Positions 45,022 to 55,686 of a stretch of 64,000 nt of DNA are shown here, piece by piece. The notes under the pieces were generated by a model. The model had not been told where the DNA came from. It did no database searches and worked only from the letters and a program-made list of their open reading frames with translations. The translations under genes were made by a program, and so were the position numbers. This stretch comes from Vulcanimicrobiales bacterium (lineage in GTDB: Bacteria > Vulcanimicrobiota > Vulcanimicrobiia > Vulcanimicrobiales > Vulcanimicrobiaceae): NCBI GenBank assembly GCA_038231455.1, contig JBBRLI010000005.1, positions 64,001-128,000 on the forward strand. The letters run 5' to 3'. Within the stretch, counting starts at the first letter, position 1, and every line of letters begins with the position of its first letter.

Positions 45022-46122
45022 GTGGTGCTCCTTCGGCGCCGGAAGGTTGCCACGGTGCCCCGCTCCCACGCCGTCCCGAACGTTCGTTTAGTTACTATCG
45101 CCACCGCCGTCCCCGAGAATGTAATCGATCAGGCGGCCGCAGCCGAACTGTCGCGTCAATTTTTCGCTGCTCGGATGCCAGCTTACGATCGTCTGTCACG
45201 CGTTTTCGTCACGACGGGCGTGGAGCGGCGCTACACGGTCGTTCCGACAACGTGGTTCAGCGAAGAGCACGGGTGGGAAGATCGCACCAACGCGTATACC
45301 GCAGGCGCGTCGGATTTGTTCGAGCGTGTCGTACGCAGTGCGCTGGATCGCGCTTCACTACGTGCCGACCAAATCGACACCGTTGTCTTTATCTCATCGA
45401 CCGGGATTAGTACCCCGAGCATCGACGCGCGGATCCTACCGAAGCTTGGATTTCGGCCCGACGTGATGCGCGTGCCGGTTTTTGGACTCGGCTGTGCGGG
45501 CGGCGTGTCGGGCTTCGGTCTTGCCTCGCGTCTGGCCGCCGGATCCCCGGGAAGCCACGTCTTGCTCGTCGCGATCGAACTTTGCAGCCTTGCTTTTCGA
45601 CTCGACCGCGCATCGAAGGCCGATGTGATTTCTTCGTCACTTTTTGCCGACGGCGCCGCTGCTGCGATTCTCTCGAGTACCGAGGGTCCAGGCCCAACAG
45701 TGATCGGTTCGACCGAAAACCTTTGGCCGGAGACCCTCGATATCATGGGTTGGAGTGTCGATGAAATCGGTCTTGGGGTCGAACTCTCGCGTTCGTTACC
45801 CGCGTTCGTTGCCGAGCGTTACCGCGCTGCGTACGATTCGGCTCTTACACGAATGAACGTCGAGCCGACCGACATCGATCGTGTCATCTGTCATCCGGGC
45901 GGAACCAAAGTGCTTGAGGCAATCGAAGCGGCACTCGAAGTGCCCGGCGGCACGCTCGATCACGAACGTACGGTGATGCGCGATTTCGGCAACATGTCCT
46001 CACCGACCGCGCTCTTCGTGCTCGATCGCGCACTGCGCGCTACGCTGCCGCGGCGCTCCATCTTCGCAGCGCTGGGACCCGGTTTTACGGCAAGCTTCGT
46101 CACGCTCGAACAAGCGTCGTGA
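45022..46122 (+). CDS. Type III polyketide synthase (SrsA/BpsA-like)
   Basis: Catalytic Cys (GLGCAGG), His (HPGGTK), Asn (FGNMSS); ELCSL, LFADGAAA, GPGF. Start may be GTG 45055. Confidence 0.94.
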   Translation: MVLLRRRKVATVPRSHAVPNVRLVTIATAVPENVIDQAAAAELSRQFFAARMPAYDRLSRVFVTTGVERRYTVVPTTWFSEEHGWEDRTNAYTAGASDLFERVVRSALDRASLRADQIDTVVFISSTGISTPSIDARILPKLGFRPDVMRVPVFGLGCAGGVSGFGLASRLAAGSPGSHVLLVAIELCSLAFRLDRASKADVISSSLFADGAAAAILSSTEGPGPTVIGSTENLWPETLDIMGWSVDEIGLGVELSRSLPAFVAERYRAAYDSALTRMNVEPTDIDRVICHPGGTKVLEAIEAALEVPGGTLDHERTVMRDFGNMSSPTALFVLDRALRATLPRRSIFAALGPGFTASFVTLEQAS

Positions 46123-46610
46123 TCCCGGCTTGGGTCATCCTCGCGCTCTTAACGGTGCAGCGGCTAAGCGAACTTGTTATCTCGTCGCGTAATACGAAAG
46201 CCTTGATGCAGTCGGGGGCGACTGAACGTGCACGCGAGCAGTATCCATTTATGATCGCGCTCCACGCGACATGGCTCGCGAGCTTGTGGTACTTTTCTTG
46301 GAGTCACGAATTCAGTTTCTTGTGGCTCCTACCACTCGCACTCTTGCAAGTCGGTCGCTTCTGGACGATTAGGACCCTCGGCTCGCGCTGGACAACGCGA
46401 ATCATCGTTCCACCGAACGCTGTGCCGCTCGTTTCAGGACCGTATCGATTTTTGCGCCATCCGAATTATTTGATTGTTGCAATCGAGTTACCATGCATAT
46501 CGCTTGCACTCGGTCTTGCGTTGCACGCGGCGCTCTTCGGCGTGCTCAACCTTGCGATGCTTTCGTGGCGGGTTCGCGAAGAAGACCGCGCGCTTCTTCG
46601 TGCTGCTTAG
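46119..46610 (+). CDS. Isoprenylcysteine carboxyl methyltransferase family protein (SrsB/BpsB-like)
   Basis: QRLSEL..S.RN, TLGSRWTTRII, GPYRFLRHPNY; coupled to the PKS. Confidence 0.92.
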   Translation: MIPAWVILALLTVQRLSELVISSRNTKALMQSGATERAREQYPFMIALHATWLASLWYFSWSHEFSFLWLLPLALLQVGRFWTIRTLGSRWTTRIIVPPNAVPLVSGPYRFLRHPNYLIVAIELPCISLALGLALHAALFGVLNLAMLSWRVREEDRALLRAA

Positions 46611-48295
46611 GCGGTCGTTCGCTCGGCTTCGATTTTACTGTCCGGCGGGTTACTCGTCAACGTGCGCGCAATTGCGCTCGCAAAGGTAAGCACCACATCT
46701 TGAGGATCGAGTCGGTCGGTGATGCCCGCACGAATGAGTTTTCCGGCGACGCGCTCGTTTGCTTCACAAAGGATGACGCGGACATGGCGTCTTTCAAGTG
46801 TGCGAAGCACTTCGTCGAGCGACTGCAGTCCGGTGCTGTCGATGAATGGCACATAACGCAGCCGGATGACGGCCGTCGTCGGACTCAAGTGCGTGTCGAT
46901 CAGCGCTTTGATGAAATTGTGCGCGGCGGCAAAGAAGACGGGCCCTTCGATTGCGTAGACGACGACTCCCGGAGGAAGAGCGGGCATCGTACCGGATAGT
47001 TCGGCGCGAATGTCGTGTTCGCTCATCGTACGCACATCGACCGAGCTTGCCATTCGTCGTAAGAATTGAATGGTTGCAAGGATGATCCCGACGTTGACCG
47101 CGATCACGAGCGTGGTAAAGACCGTTAGGAAGAACGTGATGAACAAGATTGCGACATCGGCGCGCGGCGCTGTACGCACCATGTAGCGGAAATGGGCGAT
47201 GTCGCTCATATTGTAGGCCACAACGAAGAGGATCGCTGCCAGTACCGCGAGCGGAACGTTTGCCGCTAGCGGGGCTAAGAACACGACGGTCAAGATGAGC
47301 ACGACGGCGTGGGTAGTTCCGGCGATTGGATTCGTCCCGCCGTTGCGAACGTTGGTCGCGGTACGCGCGAGGGCACCAGTTGCTGCAAACCCGCCAAAGA
47401 GCGGGGCGACAATATTTGCAAGACCTTGCCCGATAAGTTCTTGATTGGAATCGTGTTTGGTATTGGCCATGCCATCGGCGACGACCGCCGACATGAGCGA
47501 TTCGATCGCGCAGAGCAGCGCAATCGTGAAAGCGGGGCCGATCAATTCGAGGACGATTTGCGTACTAAACGGCGGCAGCGCAAGATGCGGAAAGTGCTGC
47601 GGGATCGCGCCAAAGGCACTCCCGATCGTCGCCACACCCCGGAAGTGAAATATCGCCTCAGCAAGCGTTGCAAGCACGAGCGCGATAAGTGGTGATGGCA
47701 CGCGGGAAAGACCGCGGACCTTCGGTGCAAAGATCAAGATCGCAACGCTAGCGATTGCGATGAGTGTCGGCGCTGGCTGGAGATGGGGAAGCGAACGGAT
47801 CAGCGCCCAAAGTGTCGCGAGCACGTTGGGCTCGTGCACCGGAGGCAAGCCGAAAAAGTCTTTCCATTGACCGATCCAAATTACGACACCGATACCGGTG
47901 GTAAAACCAACGATCACCGGCGCTGGAATGAACGCGATAATCGCACCTAGGCGGAACACGCCCATTGCGACGAGGATAACGCCGGCCATGAGCGTCGCTG
48001 TCTCGAGCCCCGCAAAGCCGTATTTTGCTGTAATGCCCGAGAGAATGACGATGAACGCCCCCGTGGGGCCGGCGATCTGCACCGGGCTACCGCCAAACGA
48101 GGCAACGATCAGTCCGGCGACGATCGCGGTATAGAGCCCGTTTTCTGGCCGCGCACCCGAGCCGATAGCGAAAGCCATCGCGAGAGGCAACGCAACGACG
48201 CCAACGATCACGCCAGCAAGAATATTTGGCAGAATCGCGCTTCTGACGAAACGCCGGTCGCGCCACGCCGCGACCAGGGCGATCACTGGGAACAC
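46607..48295 (-). CDS. SulP family anion transporter with STAS domain
   Basis: AGVIVGVVALPLAMAFA, QIAGPTGAF, NQELIGQGLAN, ATGALART; C-terminal GPVFF…FIDSTG. Confidence 0.95.
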   Translation of the reverse strand: MFPVIALVAAWRDRRFVRSAILPNILAGVIVGVVALPLAMAFAIGSGARPENGLYTAIVAGLIVASFGGSPVQIAGPTGAFIVILSGITAKYGFAGLETATLMAGVILVAMGVFRLGAIIAFIPAPVIVGFTTGIGVVIWIGQWKDFFGLPPVHEPNVLATLWALIRSLPHLQPAPTLIAIASVAILIFAPKVRGLSRVPSPLIALVLATLAEAIFHFRGVATIGSAFGAIPQHFPHLALPPFSTQIVLELIGPAFTIALLCAIESLMSAVVADGMANTKHDSNQELIGQGLANIVAPLFGGFAATGALARTATNVRNGGTNPIAGTTHAVVLILTVVFLAPLAANVPLAVLAAILFVVAYNMSDIAHFRYMVRTAPRADVAILFITFFLTVFTTLVIAVNVGIILATIQFLRRMASSVDVRTMSEHDIRAELSGTMPALPPGVVVYAIEGPVFFAAAHNFIKALIDTHLSPTTAVIRLRYVPFIDSTGLQSLDEVLRTLERRHVRVILCEANERVAGKLIRAGITDRLDPQDVVLTFASAIARTLTSNPPDSKIEAERTTA

Positions 48296-48332
48296 ACCGC
48301 TAGTCTAGATCTCGCATAATGCGAAACAGGTG

Positions 48333-48365
48333 AAAAGAAGAAGGCGACGTTTTCACGTCGCCTTC
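48333..48365 (-). terminator. Intrinsic terminator of nrdJ
   Basis: Minus strand GAAGGCGACGT-GAAA-ACGTCGCCTTC-TTCTTTT. Confidence 0.85.
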
Positions 48366-48399
48366 ACATCTCACCGCTCGTGAACGGATTCGGTCGTAC

Positions 48400-51300
48400 T
48401 TACGAGCAGCCGCTCGTGGTGCCGCAGGTGTCGCACTTCAGACACGTGCCGTTGCGCACCAGCGTGAAAAGACCGCATTCTCCGCAGGCATCGCCTGCGT
48501 AGCCTTTAGCAACAGCGACGCGCATTTGTTCGGTGCGCGTTGCGGTAGCCGTGGCAGTGGCGTTTGCACCCGGGTTGTCCGACCAGTTTGAGGAGAGGGC
48601 TTCGAGTTTTTGACCTTCCGTTTTTACGAGGATCGGTTCCGGTGCAACTGGTGTTGCGACTGCTGCGACGGGCGTCGATCCCGGGCGTAGGTGGGGACTC
48701 GTTGGGTGGAGCGTTGCTTGCACGGAGGCTTGCACCACCGGCGTTTGGCGCGTTTCACCGGCGGATTCACCGACGTATTCGGGTTCGGGTCCCATCGCGT
48801 CCACCGACATCCCCGGCTGTACTTGTGCGAGATCGTAGCGGCCAAGATAGCTCACGGCGAGTTCGCGGAAGATATAGTCGATGATGGATGTCGCCATCTT
48901 GATGTTTTCGTGTCCGACGACCGGGCCGTTGGGCTCGAAGCGCGTGAACGTGAAGGCGTCCACGTATTCTTCGAGCGGCACGCCGTGCTGGAGACCGAGC
49001 GACACCGCGATTGCGAAGTTGTTCATCAGCGAGCGGAACGCGGCGCCTTCTTTATGCATGTCGACGAAGATCTCGCCGAGCGTGCCGTCTTGATAGTCGC
49101 CGGTGCGCAGGTAGACTTTGTGTCCGCCGATCGTCGCCTTCTGCGTGTAGCCACCGCGGCGATCCGGCATGCGCCGGCGCTTGGCGATGTAGCGGTAGAC
49201 GATTTTCTCCGCGATCGTGACCGGGGTGAGGTACGGCTGCTGCGCGGCGGCATCATCCGAAAAGTCATCGCCCAGGTCGTAGCTCGAAGCCATCGGCTGC
49301 GAGAGTTTGGATCCGTCGCGATAGAGCGCGACGGCCTTAGTCATGCGCTCCCAGCTATAACGGTAGGCTTCCTTGACGTCGGCGATCGTCGCCGTTTGCG
49401 GAAGGTTGATCGTTTTGCTGATGGCGCCGGAGATGAACGGCTGGGCAGCCGCCATCATGTCGACGTGTGCGAGCGGGCGGATGTAACGCGAACCGTGCTT
49501 GCCGCACGGCGTCGCGCAATCGAAGACCGGCAGATGCTCGTCTTTGAGGAACGGTGAACCCTCGAGCGTCATGCGCCCGCAGATGACATCCGATGCCTCA
49601 TCGATTTGCGTGTTGGTGAAGCCGAGACCATCTTTGAGGATCGAGAACTGCCAGTTGTTCAGCTGATCGTCGGTGAGGCCCAGGGTCGTTTTGCAGAACT
49701 CTTCGCCCAGCACGTACTGGTTGAAGACGAACGACAACTCGAATGCACCCAGGAGCTGCGCTTCGATCTTGTCGAGCGTTGCCTCATCGAAGCCTTTTGC
49801 TTTGAGCGTCGCACGATTGATGTGCGGCGAACCCTCGAGTGTTGCCGTGCCCTTGGCGAATGCTTCGATTGCTGCGATCTGTTCGCTTGTGTAACCGAGT
49901 TTGCGGAGCGCCGGTTCGACCGACTGGTTGACGATCTTGAAGTAGCCGCCGCCGGCGAGCTTCTTGAATTTCACGAGCGCAAAGTCGGGCTCGATGCCCG
50001 TGGTATCGCAGTCCATCACAAGGCCGATCGTTCCGGTCGGAGCGATGACCGTGACTTGTGCGTTGCGGTAGCCAGCGACTTCGCCGACGCTTAGTGCCTG
50101 GTCCCAGAGGTTTTGCGCGAGCGCCCATGTCTCTTGTGTGAAGAGCGTTGGCGTATGCGTGGTCGGAACGATGGTGAGGCCTTCGTACTCATCGTTCGAG
50201 GCAGCGTATGCCGCGCGACGATGATTGCGGATGACGCGTAGCATGTCTTCGCGGTTGTTCGAGTAGCGCGGGAAGGCCCCGAGCTGTTCGGCCAGTTCCG
50301 CTGATGTTGCATACGCGGCGCCCGTCATGAGTGCCGAGATCGCTGCGCACCAGCCGTCGCCTTCGGGCGAATCGTATGGCAGACCGAGGCGCATCAAGAG
50401 CGTGCCGAGGTTTGCGTAGCCGAGGCCTAGCGTGCGGTAATCGTACGAACGCTGGGCAATTGCTTGCGAGGGGAATTGCGCCATCAGGACACTGATCTCA
50501 AGCATCGTCGTCCAGACGCGGCAGGCTTCTGCGAACGTTGCCGCATCGAATCGATCGTCGCTATCGAGGAACTTGACGAGGTTGAGCGATGCAAGATTGC
50601 AGTTGTGTGCAATCAGGCCTTCGGCTACGAGCGAGTGAGTTTCAGGTTCGGTCACGTCATAGACCATTTCGACGCCGTCTTCGACAATCGAAACGACCTT
50701 CGGCGCACGTGGATTTTTTTCAGCGCCGCCAAACGGCTGCGACATTATTTCCGAAGCTTTCTGGGCCTTAGCTTCAGAACACGGAAATCCGATCAATGAG
50801 AAATATTTGCGCGCCTGCATGTTGGAGATATGCAATTGTCCTTGCGGATTCTTACGACCATCGGGTTGGAACCAAGAGATGCGCGAAGTGATACCGACAT
50901 CAGCAAGCAGCAACTGTACCGAGCGCAGCATCGCTGATGAGGAAGAAGCGAGCATGACCTCGTGCGCGACGCCTACTCCTTTGCGAATGCAACCGTCGGC
51001 AGAAAACAGTCCCTGTAAATAGGCAATCTTTAGATCATCGGCAACGTCGTGAATTGCTGCAGGCACGTCCTTGTCAATAGCCGTGCATTGCTTCACGCCG
51101 TAAGTCTTCTCCAGCATCGAGACAACTGATTGCTGCGTCGTCATTACTTGCATGACGCCGTTCTTCTGCGTGAAGAGGGTAGACGTACGGACCGGCAGAG
51201 GCATCATTGAGCCGGTGTCGACTTGGGCTGCCTCAGCTTTAAGTTCGTTGAATCGCTCTTGCATATCAATAGCATTCTTTTGTTCGTGTCCACCGAAAAC

Positions 51301-54261
51301 AAGCGCTATATTCCCCTTAGAGAATACGCCGTCGCCACTCAGCCAGCCAAGCATTTGCCAACGCTTCGTATCTTCGAACGAAGATGAAAAAGCGACGGTA
51401 TTGCCTGACTCACGAATTTCCAACCTGTCCGACCCAGGCAAAATCCGATCTACCCGTTGCCAGCCCCGGTCTTTCGTCAGGAATTTATGGTCGGCAGTGG
51501 CTCGAATTGAACGACCATCTTTCAAGTCAATCTTAAAGACTTGCTTAAGTCCAACTTTTGTGACGGTCGCTTTTCGATGTGCTGTCAGGCGCGCCGTGTC
51601 GTGCTCGCCTTGGATATCGGTTGTTACGAGGACTTGCTTCCCGGTTTGCTGTTCCAGGTACAGTCGTTCGACCGTCCGCATTCCCTCAGGCGTGCTGATT
51701 CGCGTTTCCGGTGCAAAGCACGCGGTATCGTCAAGGAACATGTACTCCGAGCAGTTGTGCACGATCATGCCGTTGGCGATGAAGTGCGACGTATCGGGTT
51801 CCGTGAGGTCGAACACGTCCTCGATGCCTTCATAGAGGAGCGCATCGAACGCATCGGTCATACGATCGGCGTACGTCGAGACGCTCGCATTGAGTGTGCG
51901 CAGAGATGCGTTCTTTGCCGATGCATCGTGGAAGCCGATGAACCGCTCGAAGAGCACGCGCGACGAGCGCGAGATGCGCAGCGAGTGGTACGGAAGTGTT
52001 GCGTATTCTGCGCTACCGCCGTGGCCATCGGGAAGCAGCGACGTCGATGCCGTCTTGCGATTCTCGTAGATCTTGCTCTTGATACCAAAGCCCAGCATGA
52101 GGACTTGGAGCTGGCGCAACAGTTCGATCGAGGTCGAGTCGAGCGAGACGTAGTGCGACTTCTCGCCGTAGTTTGCAACGGTGCCGTCGGCCGTCGCAAA
52201 GCCGCGGATCAGGGCAGCCGTGCTCGCTGCGTTGAGGCCAAATGCCGCATCCGTGAGCCGTTTGCCCTGGCTGCCGGCATCGAGTACCGCGTAGGTTGAG
52301 AGTTCGGCGATCAGCGCTTGCGAGCGTGTCGCGAGCTTTGCGCCGCTCTGCGGTGCGTTGACCGTGACCGGACGGGCGCGGCGTCCGTCGCCGTCGGCGG
52401 TATCGGGCTTGAAGCGGTTGATCGTTGCAGCCGCGTCCTGGACGATCGCGGTTTCTGCATCCGACATCGTGAGCGAAAACGCTCCGTCTGCCGAGACGCA
52501 TCCATCGCCGAGTGCAAGACCGATGAGTTCGGCCATCTTCGGATCGAGCTGCATCGCGCCGAATGGCGATGCGACGAGTTGGATCTGATCGCCATCGACG
52601 AGTTCACTTGCCGGAACGTCGCCGCGGTTTGCCGTGAGCACGCGGTGATCGGCCGTCAGTCGAACCGAGTAGCCGCTCTTCGTGCGCATACGGAAGACGG
52701 GTTTTGTTCCCGTCGGGAAGATGCGGTTGACGAAGTGCAATTCGCCGTCGCTGCCGGTGACGAACGCCGACTTGCCGACGAGTTCGCCGATGCGCTGAGG
52801 ACCATCTGCTGTCGCGATAAGCGTGTCGGCTGTGACGCACGGATTGGATGCGTTGATGCGGCCATCGGAGGGGCACGTGTGCCACTCGTTAATGGTCGTG
52901 TCGAATTGCACGCCGGGGTCGGCGCACTGCCATGCCGAGAGCGCGATTTTCTCCCACAGGTCGGCGGCTTCCATCGTGCGCGCGGGACGGCCGTCGGTAC
53001 GACGGATCAGATCCCACGACTCGTTGTTATCCAGCTTATTGAAGAAGTGGTTCGGAATGCGCACGGAGTTGTTCGAGTTCTGACCCGAGACGGTTCCATA
53101 GGCTTTGGAATCCCAGTTCGTGTCGTACGTCTCGATATCGAGTTCGCGATAGCCCTGTTTTGCAAAGTCGAGCGCGTACTGCACGTTCGCCGGCGGAATG
53201 CCCGCGGTGAGCGCTTCGCGCATCGCTTTCTTCAGGTGCGGATTTAGCGCCGGATCGAGTCGTCCGGCTTCGGGAATGCGTGAATCGTGCGCGGAACCGA
53301 GGATCGCATTGAGATGCTTCTTCGCTGCAATCGAACCAATAACCAGATCCGAGACTTTCTGTTCTTCGCGCACTTTCCAGAGCACGAAGTCTTCGATGTC
53401 CGGATGATCGAGATCGAGGCAAACCATCTTCGCGGCGCGTCGAGTCGTGCCGCCAGATTTAATCGCACCGGCTGCGCGATCGCCAACGCGGAGGAAAGAC
53501 ATCAAGCCGGATGACGTGCCGCCGCCGGAGAGTTTCTCACCATCGCCGCGGATCTGCGAGAAGTTCGATCCGGTACCCGAACCAAATTTAAAGATACGCG
53601 CTTCACGAACCCACAGGTCCATGATCCCGCCTTCGTTCACCAAATCATCGGAGACGGATTGGATAAAGCAAGCATGTGGGGCTGGATGCTCGTAGGCGTT
53701 GACCGAGCGGGTCAGCTCGCCCGACTTCGCATCCACAAAATAGTGGCCTTGAGCGGGGCCTTCGATGCCATACGCCCAGTTGAGACCCGTGTTGAACCAC
53801 TGCGGGGAGTTCGGGGCGCCGATCTGGCGTGCGAGCATGGCGCGCATTTCGTCGTAGAAGATGCCCGCATCGGTTTCCTTATGGAAGTAGCCGTGCTTGA
53901 AGCCCCAATAGGTCCAGGTGCCGGCAAGGCGGCCGAACACTTCGCGCGAGTCGCCCTCAGCGCCGAAATGCTCTTCGCGCGGAATGGCGGCGAGGGCCGC
54001 CTCATCGGCGACCGAGCGCCAAAGCCACTCAGGCAAGCCGGGTTCGGGCACGCGTTTGAGCGCCTTCGGCACGCCGGCCTTGCGGAAATATTTCTGCGCA
54101 AGGACGTCGACGGCGACCTGGCTCCAACCGGCCGGGACCATAACATCTTTGGCTTCAAAAACGACGGAGCCATTCGTATTGACGATCCGCGATGTGCGCG
54201 GCTCAAACGTCACGCCAGCGTACGGGTCTTCGACGGTGGAATAGGTGCGACGGAATTTCAT
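48400..54261 (-). CDS. nrdJ: Adenosylcobalamin-dependent (class II) ribonucleotide reductase precursor with two inteins (1953 aa; 1218 aa spliced)
   Basis: [45 protein letters not shown] is restored after removing the inteins; IAPTGTI, ISKTIN, YRDGSK, TSCPD-like domain, C-terminal Cys cluster. Confidence 0.97.
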   Translation of the reverse strand: MKFRRTYSTVEDPYAGVTFEPRTSRIVNTNGSVVFEAKDVMVPAGWSQVAVDVLAQKYFRKAGVPKALKRVPEPGLPEWLWRSVADEAALAAIPREEHFGAEGDSREVFGRLAGTWTYWGFKHGYFHKETDAGIFYDEMRAMLARQIGAPNSPQWFNTGLNWAYGIEGPAQGHYFVDAKSGELTRSVNAYEHPAPHACFIQSVSDDLVNEGGIMDLWVREARIFKFGSGTGSNFSQIRGDGEKLSGGGTSSGLMSFLRVGDRAAGAIKSGGTTRRAAKMVCLDLDHPDIEDFVLWKVREEQKVSDLVIGSIAAKKHLNAILGSAHDSRIPEAGRLDPALNPHLKKAMREALTAGIPPANVQYALDFAKQGYRELDIETYDTNWDSKAYGTVSGQNSNNSVRIPNHFFNKLDNNESWDLIRRTDGRPARTMEAADLWEKIALSAWQCADPGVQFDTTINEWHTCPSDGRINASNPCVTADTLIATADGPQRIGELVGKSAFVTGSDGELHFVNRIFPTGTKPVFRMRTKSGYSVRLTADHRVLTANRGDVPASELVDGDQIQLVASPFGAMQLDPKMAELIGLALGDGCVSADGAFSLTMSDAETAIVQDAAATINRFKPDTADGDGRRARPVTVNAPQSGAKLATRSQALIAELSTYAVLDAGSQGKRLTDAAFGLNAASTAALIRGFATADGTVANYGEKSHYVSLDSTSIELLRQLQVLMLGFGIKSKIYENRKTASTSLLPDGHGGSAEYATLPYHSLRISRSSRVLFERFIGFHDASAKNASLRTLNASVSTYADRMTDAFDALLYEGIEDVFDLTEPDTSHFIANGMIVHNCSEYMFLDDTACFAPETRISTPEGMRTVERLYLEQQTGKQVLVTTDIQGEHDTARLTAHRKATVTKVGLKQVFKIDLKDGRSIRATADHKFLTKDRGWQRVDRILPGSDRLEIRESGNTVAFSSSFEDTKRWQMLGWLSGDGVFSKGNIALVFGGHEQKNAIDMQERFNELKAEAAQVDTGSMMPLPVRTSTLFTQKNGVMQVMTTQQSVVSMLEKTYGVKQCTAIDKDVPAAIHDVADDLKIAYLQGLFSADGCIRKGVGVAHEVMLASSSSAMLRSVQLLLADVGITSRISWFQPDGRKNPQGQLHISNMQARKYFSLIGFPCSEAKAQKASEIMSQPFGGAEKNPRAPKVVSIVEDGVEMVYDVTEPETHSLVAEGLIAHNCNLASLNLVKFLDSDDRFDAATFAEACRVWTTMLEISVLMAQFPSQAIAQRSYDYRTLGLGYANLGTLLMRLGLPYDSPEGDGWCAAISALMTGAAYATSAELAEQLGAFPRYSNNREDMLRVIRNHRRAAYAASNDEYEGLTIVPTTHTPTLFTQETWALAQNLWDQALSVGEVAGYRNAQVTVIAPTGTIGLVMDCDTTGIEPDFALVKFKKLAGGGYFKIVNQSVEPALRKLGYTSEQIAAIEAFAKGTATLEGSPHINRATLKAKGFDEATLDKIEAQLLGAFELSFVFNQYVLGEEFCKTTLGLTDDQLNNWQFSILKDGLGFTNTQIDEASDVICGRMTLEGSPFLKDEHLPVFDCATPCGKHGSRYIRPLAHVDMMAAAQPFISGAISKTINLPQTATIADVKEAYRYSWERMTKAVALYRDGSKLSQPMASSYDLGDDFSDDAAAQQPYLTPVTIAEKIVYRYIAKRRRMPDRRGGYTQKATIGGHKVYLRTGDYQDGTLGEIFVDMHKEGAAFRSLMNNFAIAVSLGLQHGVPLEEYVDAFTFTRFEPNGPVVGHENIKMATSIIDYIFRELAVSYLGRYDLAQVQPGMSVDAMGPEPEYVGESAGETRQTPVVQASVQATLHPTSPHLRPGSTPVAAVATPVAPEPILVKTEGQKLEALSSNWSDNPGANATATATATRTEQMRVAVAKGYAGDACGECGLFTLVRNGTCLKCDTCGTTSGCS
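50602..51720 (-). mobile_element. Intein 2 with LAGLIDADG homing endonuclease (373 aa)
   Basis: Starts CFAPETRI, block [18 protein letters not shown] and [16 protein letters not shown], ends AHN/C. Confidence 0.95.
51754..52839 (-). mobile_element. Intein 1 with LAGLIDADG homing endonuclease (362 aa)
   Basis: Starts CVTADTLI, block [18 protein letters not shown] and [16 protein letters not shown], ends VHN/C. Confidence 0.95.
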
Positions 54262-54297
54262 GCTGCCTCCAGGCCTGCTTTTTCGGAGGACGACGAA

Positions 54298-54313
54298 TCG
54301 AACACCTGTTCGA
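54298..54313. promoter_or_regulatory. LexA (SOS) box, Gram-positive/actinobacterial type
   Basis: TCGAAC-ACCT-GTTCGA, 36 nt upstream of the nrdJ ATG. Confidence 0.75.
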
Positions 54314-54339
54314 TACAGGTGGCCCGATTCGCGCCGTGC

Positions 54340-54387
54340 GTACTAGATATTGTACCTCGTGTAGAATTCGAATACAAGATATCGTTG
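54340..54387. promoter_or_regulatory. Tandem NrdR boxes
   Basis: GTACTAGATATTGTAC (54340-54355) and ATACAAGATATCGTTG (54372-54387) resemble acaCwAtATaTwGtgt; 32 bp apart, upstream of nrdJ. Confidence 0.85.
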
Positions 54388-54508
54388 TCACGTCCCTTGG
54401 GGACACACTAGGCCAAGTGGTGCATATCGAGAGATTCCCGTGCATAAGCCGGTGGACGCGCGTCTGCCCGTACGAACGGACTGTGGAGAATTCCGAGGAT
54501 AGCGGGGA

Positions 54509-55015
54509 TTGGGGGGCGCACAGCGCGGGGTGTTCGCTCCCGACGCCCACTCCCACACGATCGTCGACGTTTCCCTCGCTGGCCTGTGGGAGCGCGGCTT
54601 TCGAGGCCTTATCGTCGACCTCGATAACACGGTCGTCGGCTACCACGAATCGCATTTGATTCCGGGCGTGCGCGACTGGGTCGCCGAGGCGCGCGAGCGT
54701 GGATTTGCCGTCGTTTTGCTTTCGAACAACTTTCCCGAACGCGTCGCTGCGATCGGCGCGAAACTCAACGTTCCGACCGTTCCGAATGCCCTGAAGCCCT
54801 TGCCACCGAGTTTTTTGCGTGCGCTGAGGATTCTGGGCACCCCGCGTTCGCAGACCGTCGTCATCGGCGATCAACTCTTTACCGATGTCTTGGGCGCGAA
54901 GCTCATGGGCATGCATGCCGTTCTGACCGAACCGATCGTCGCAAGCGATTTTCCGCTCACGCGGGTCCTGCGCTTGCTGGAACGTGTGTTCTTTTCGCGA
55001 AAGCCGCGCGTATGA
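54509..55015 (+). CDS. yqeG: YqeG family HAD-IIIA phosphatase
   Basis: GLIVDLDNT, LSNN, ALKP, VIGDQLFTDVLG; upstream of aroE. Confidence 0.92.
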   Translation: MGGAQRGVFAPDAHSHTIVDVSLAGLWERGFRGLIVDLDNTVVGYHESHLIPGVRDWVAEARERGFAVVLLSNNFPERVAAIGAKLNVPTVPNALKPLPPSFLRALRILGTPRSQTVVIGDQLFTDVLGAKLMGMHAVLTEPIVASDFPLTRVLRLLERVFFSRKPRV

Positions 55016-55686
55016 CGATTCGGGCAGTCATCTTCGACCTGTACGGCACGCTTCTCGATATCGAGAAGCTTGCCGACCGCGTAGCACGGTATGTCGATCC
55101 GCCGCACGCGTTCGTCACGGCGTGGCGGCAAAAGCAAATCGAATACGCGTTCACCACCTCGCTTGCCGGCCGCTACGACGATTTCGATCATCTGACCCAG
55201 CGAGCACTCGACTTCGTCGCGGAGACATTTCATCTGAAACTCGAGGATGCAGCCAAGACGGATCTGATGGCCGGATGGCTCGAGCTCCCACCGCATGCCG
55301 ATTCCGCAGCCGCGCTCGATGCCGTCGCGGCGCTGGCATATCCGCGCCTGGTGCTCACCAACGGCGTTCAAGCATCCGCGCAGCGTGCACTCGTCGCCGG
55401 GAAACTCGATTCGCGCATCGATGAGGTGCTTTCCGTTAGCGCGCATCGCGTTTACAAACCAGCACCCGAAGCCTATCGCGTCGCGACCGAACACCTGGGG
55501 TGTAAAGCGGCTGACATCGTGTTCGTCTCATCGAATGGTTGGGATGCGGCGGGTGCAGGGTCCTTTGGTTTTCGCGTCGTTTGGTGCAATCGGAAAGGCG
55601 CTCCGCGGGAGCGAATCGGTGCAGCACCGATCGCCGAGATCCGTTCGCTTGTTGAACTACGTCCGGTACTGGAGCGACTCGCATGA
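55012..55686 (+). CDS. Haloacid dehalogenase type II, copy 1
   Basis: FDLYGTL, WRQKQIEY, LTNG, YKPAPEAY, FVSSNGWD. Confidence 0.92.
   Translation: MTIRAVIFDLYGTLLDIEKLADRVARYVDPPHAFVTAWRQKQIEYAFTTSLAGRYDDFDHLTQRALDFVAETFHLKLEDAAKTDLMAGWLELPPHADSAAALDAVAALAYPRLVLTNGVQASAQRALVAGKLDSRIDEVLSVSAHRVYKPAPEAYRVATEHLGCKAADIVFVSSNGWDAAGAGSFGFRVVWCNRKGAPRERIGAAPIAEIRSLVELRPVLERLA

Noticed and set aside
54262-54508. Cobalamin riboswitch upstream of the B12-dependent RNR
   Set aside because: No B12-box-like sequence recognised; the region is explained by LexA and NrdR sites and a divergent promoter.
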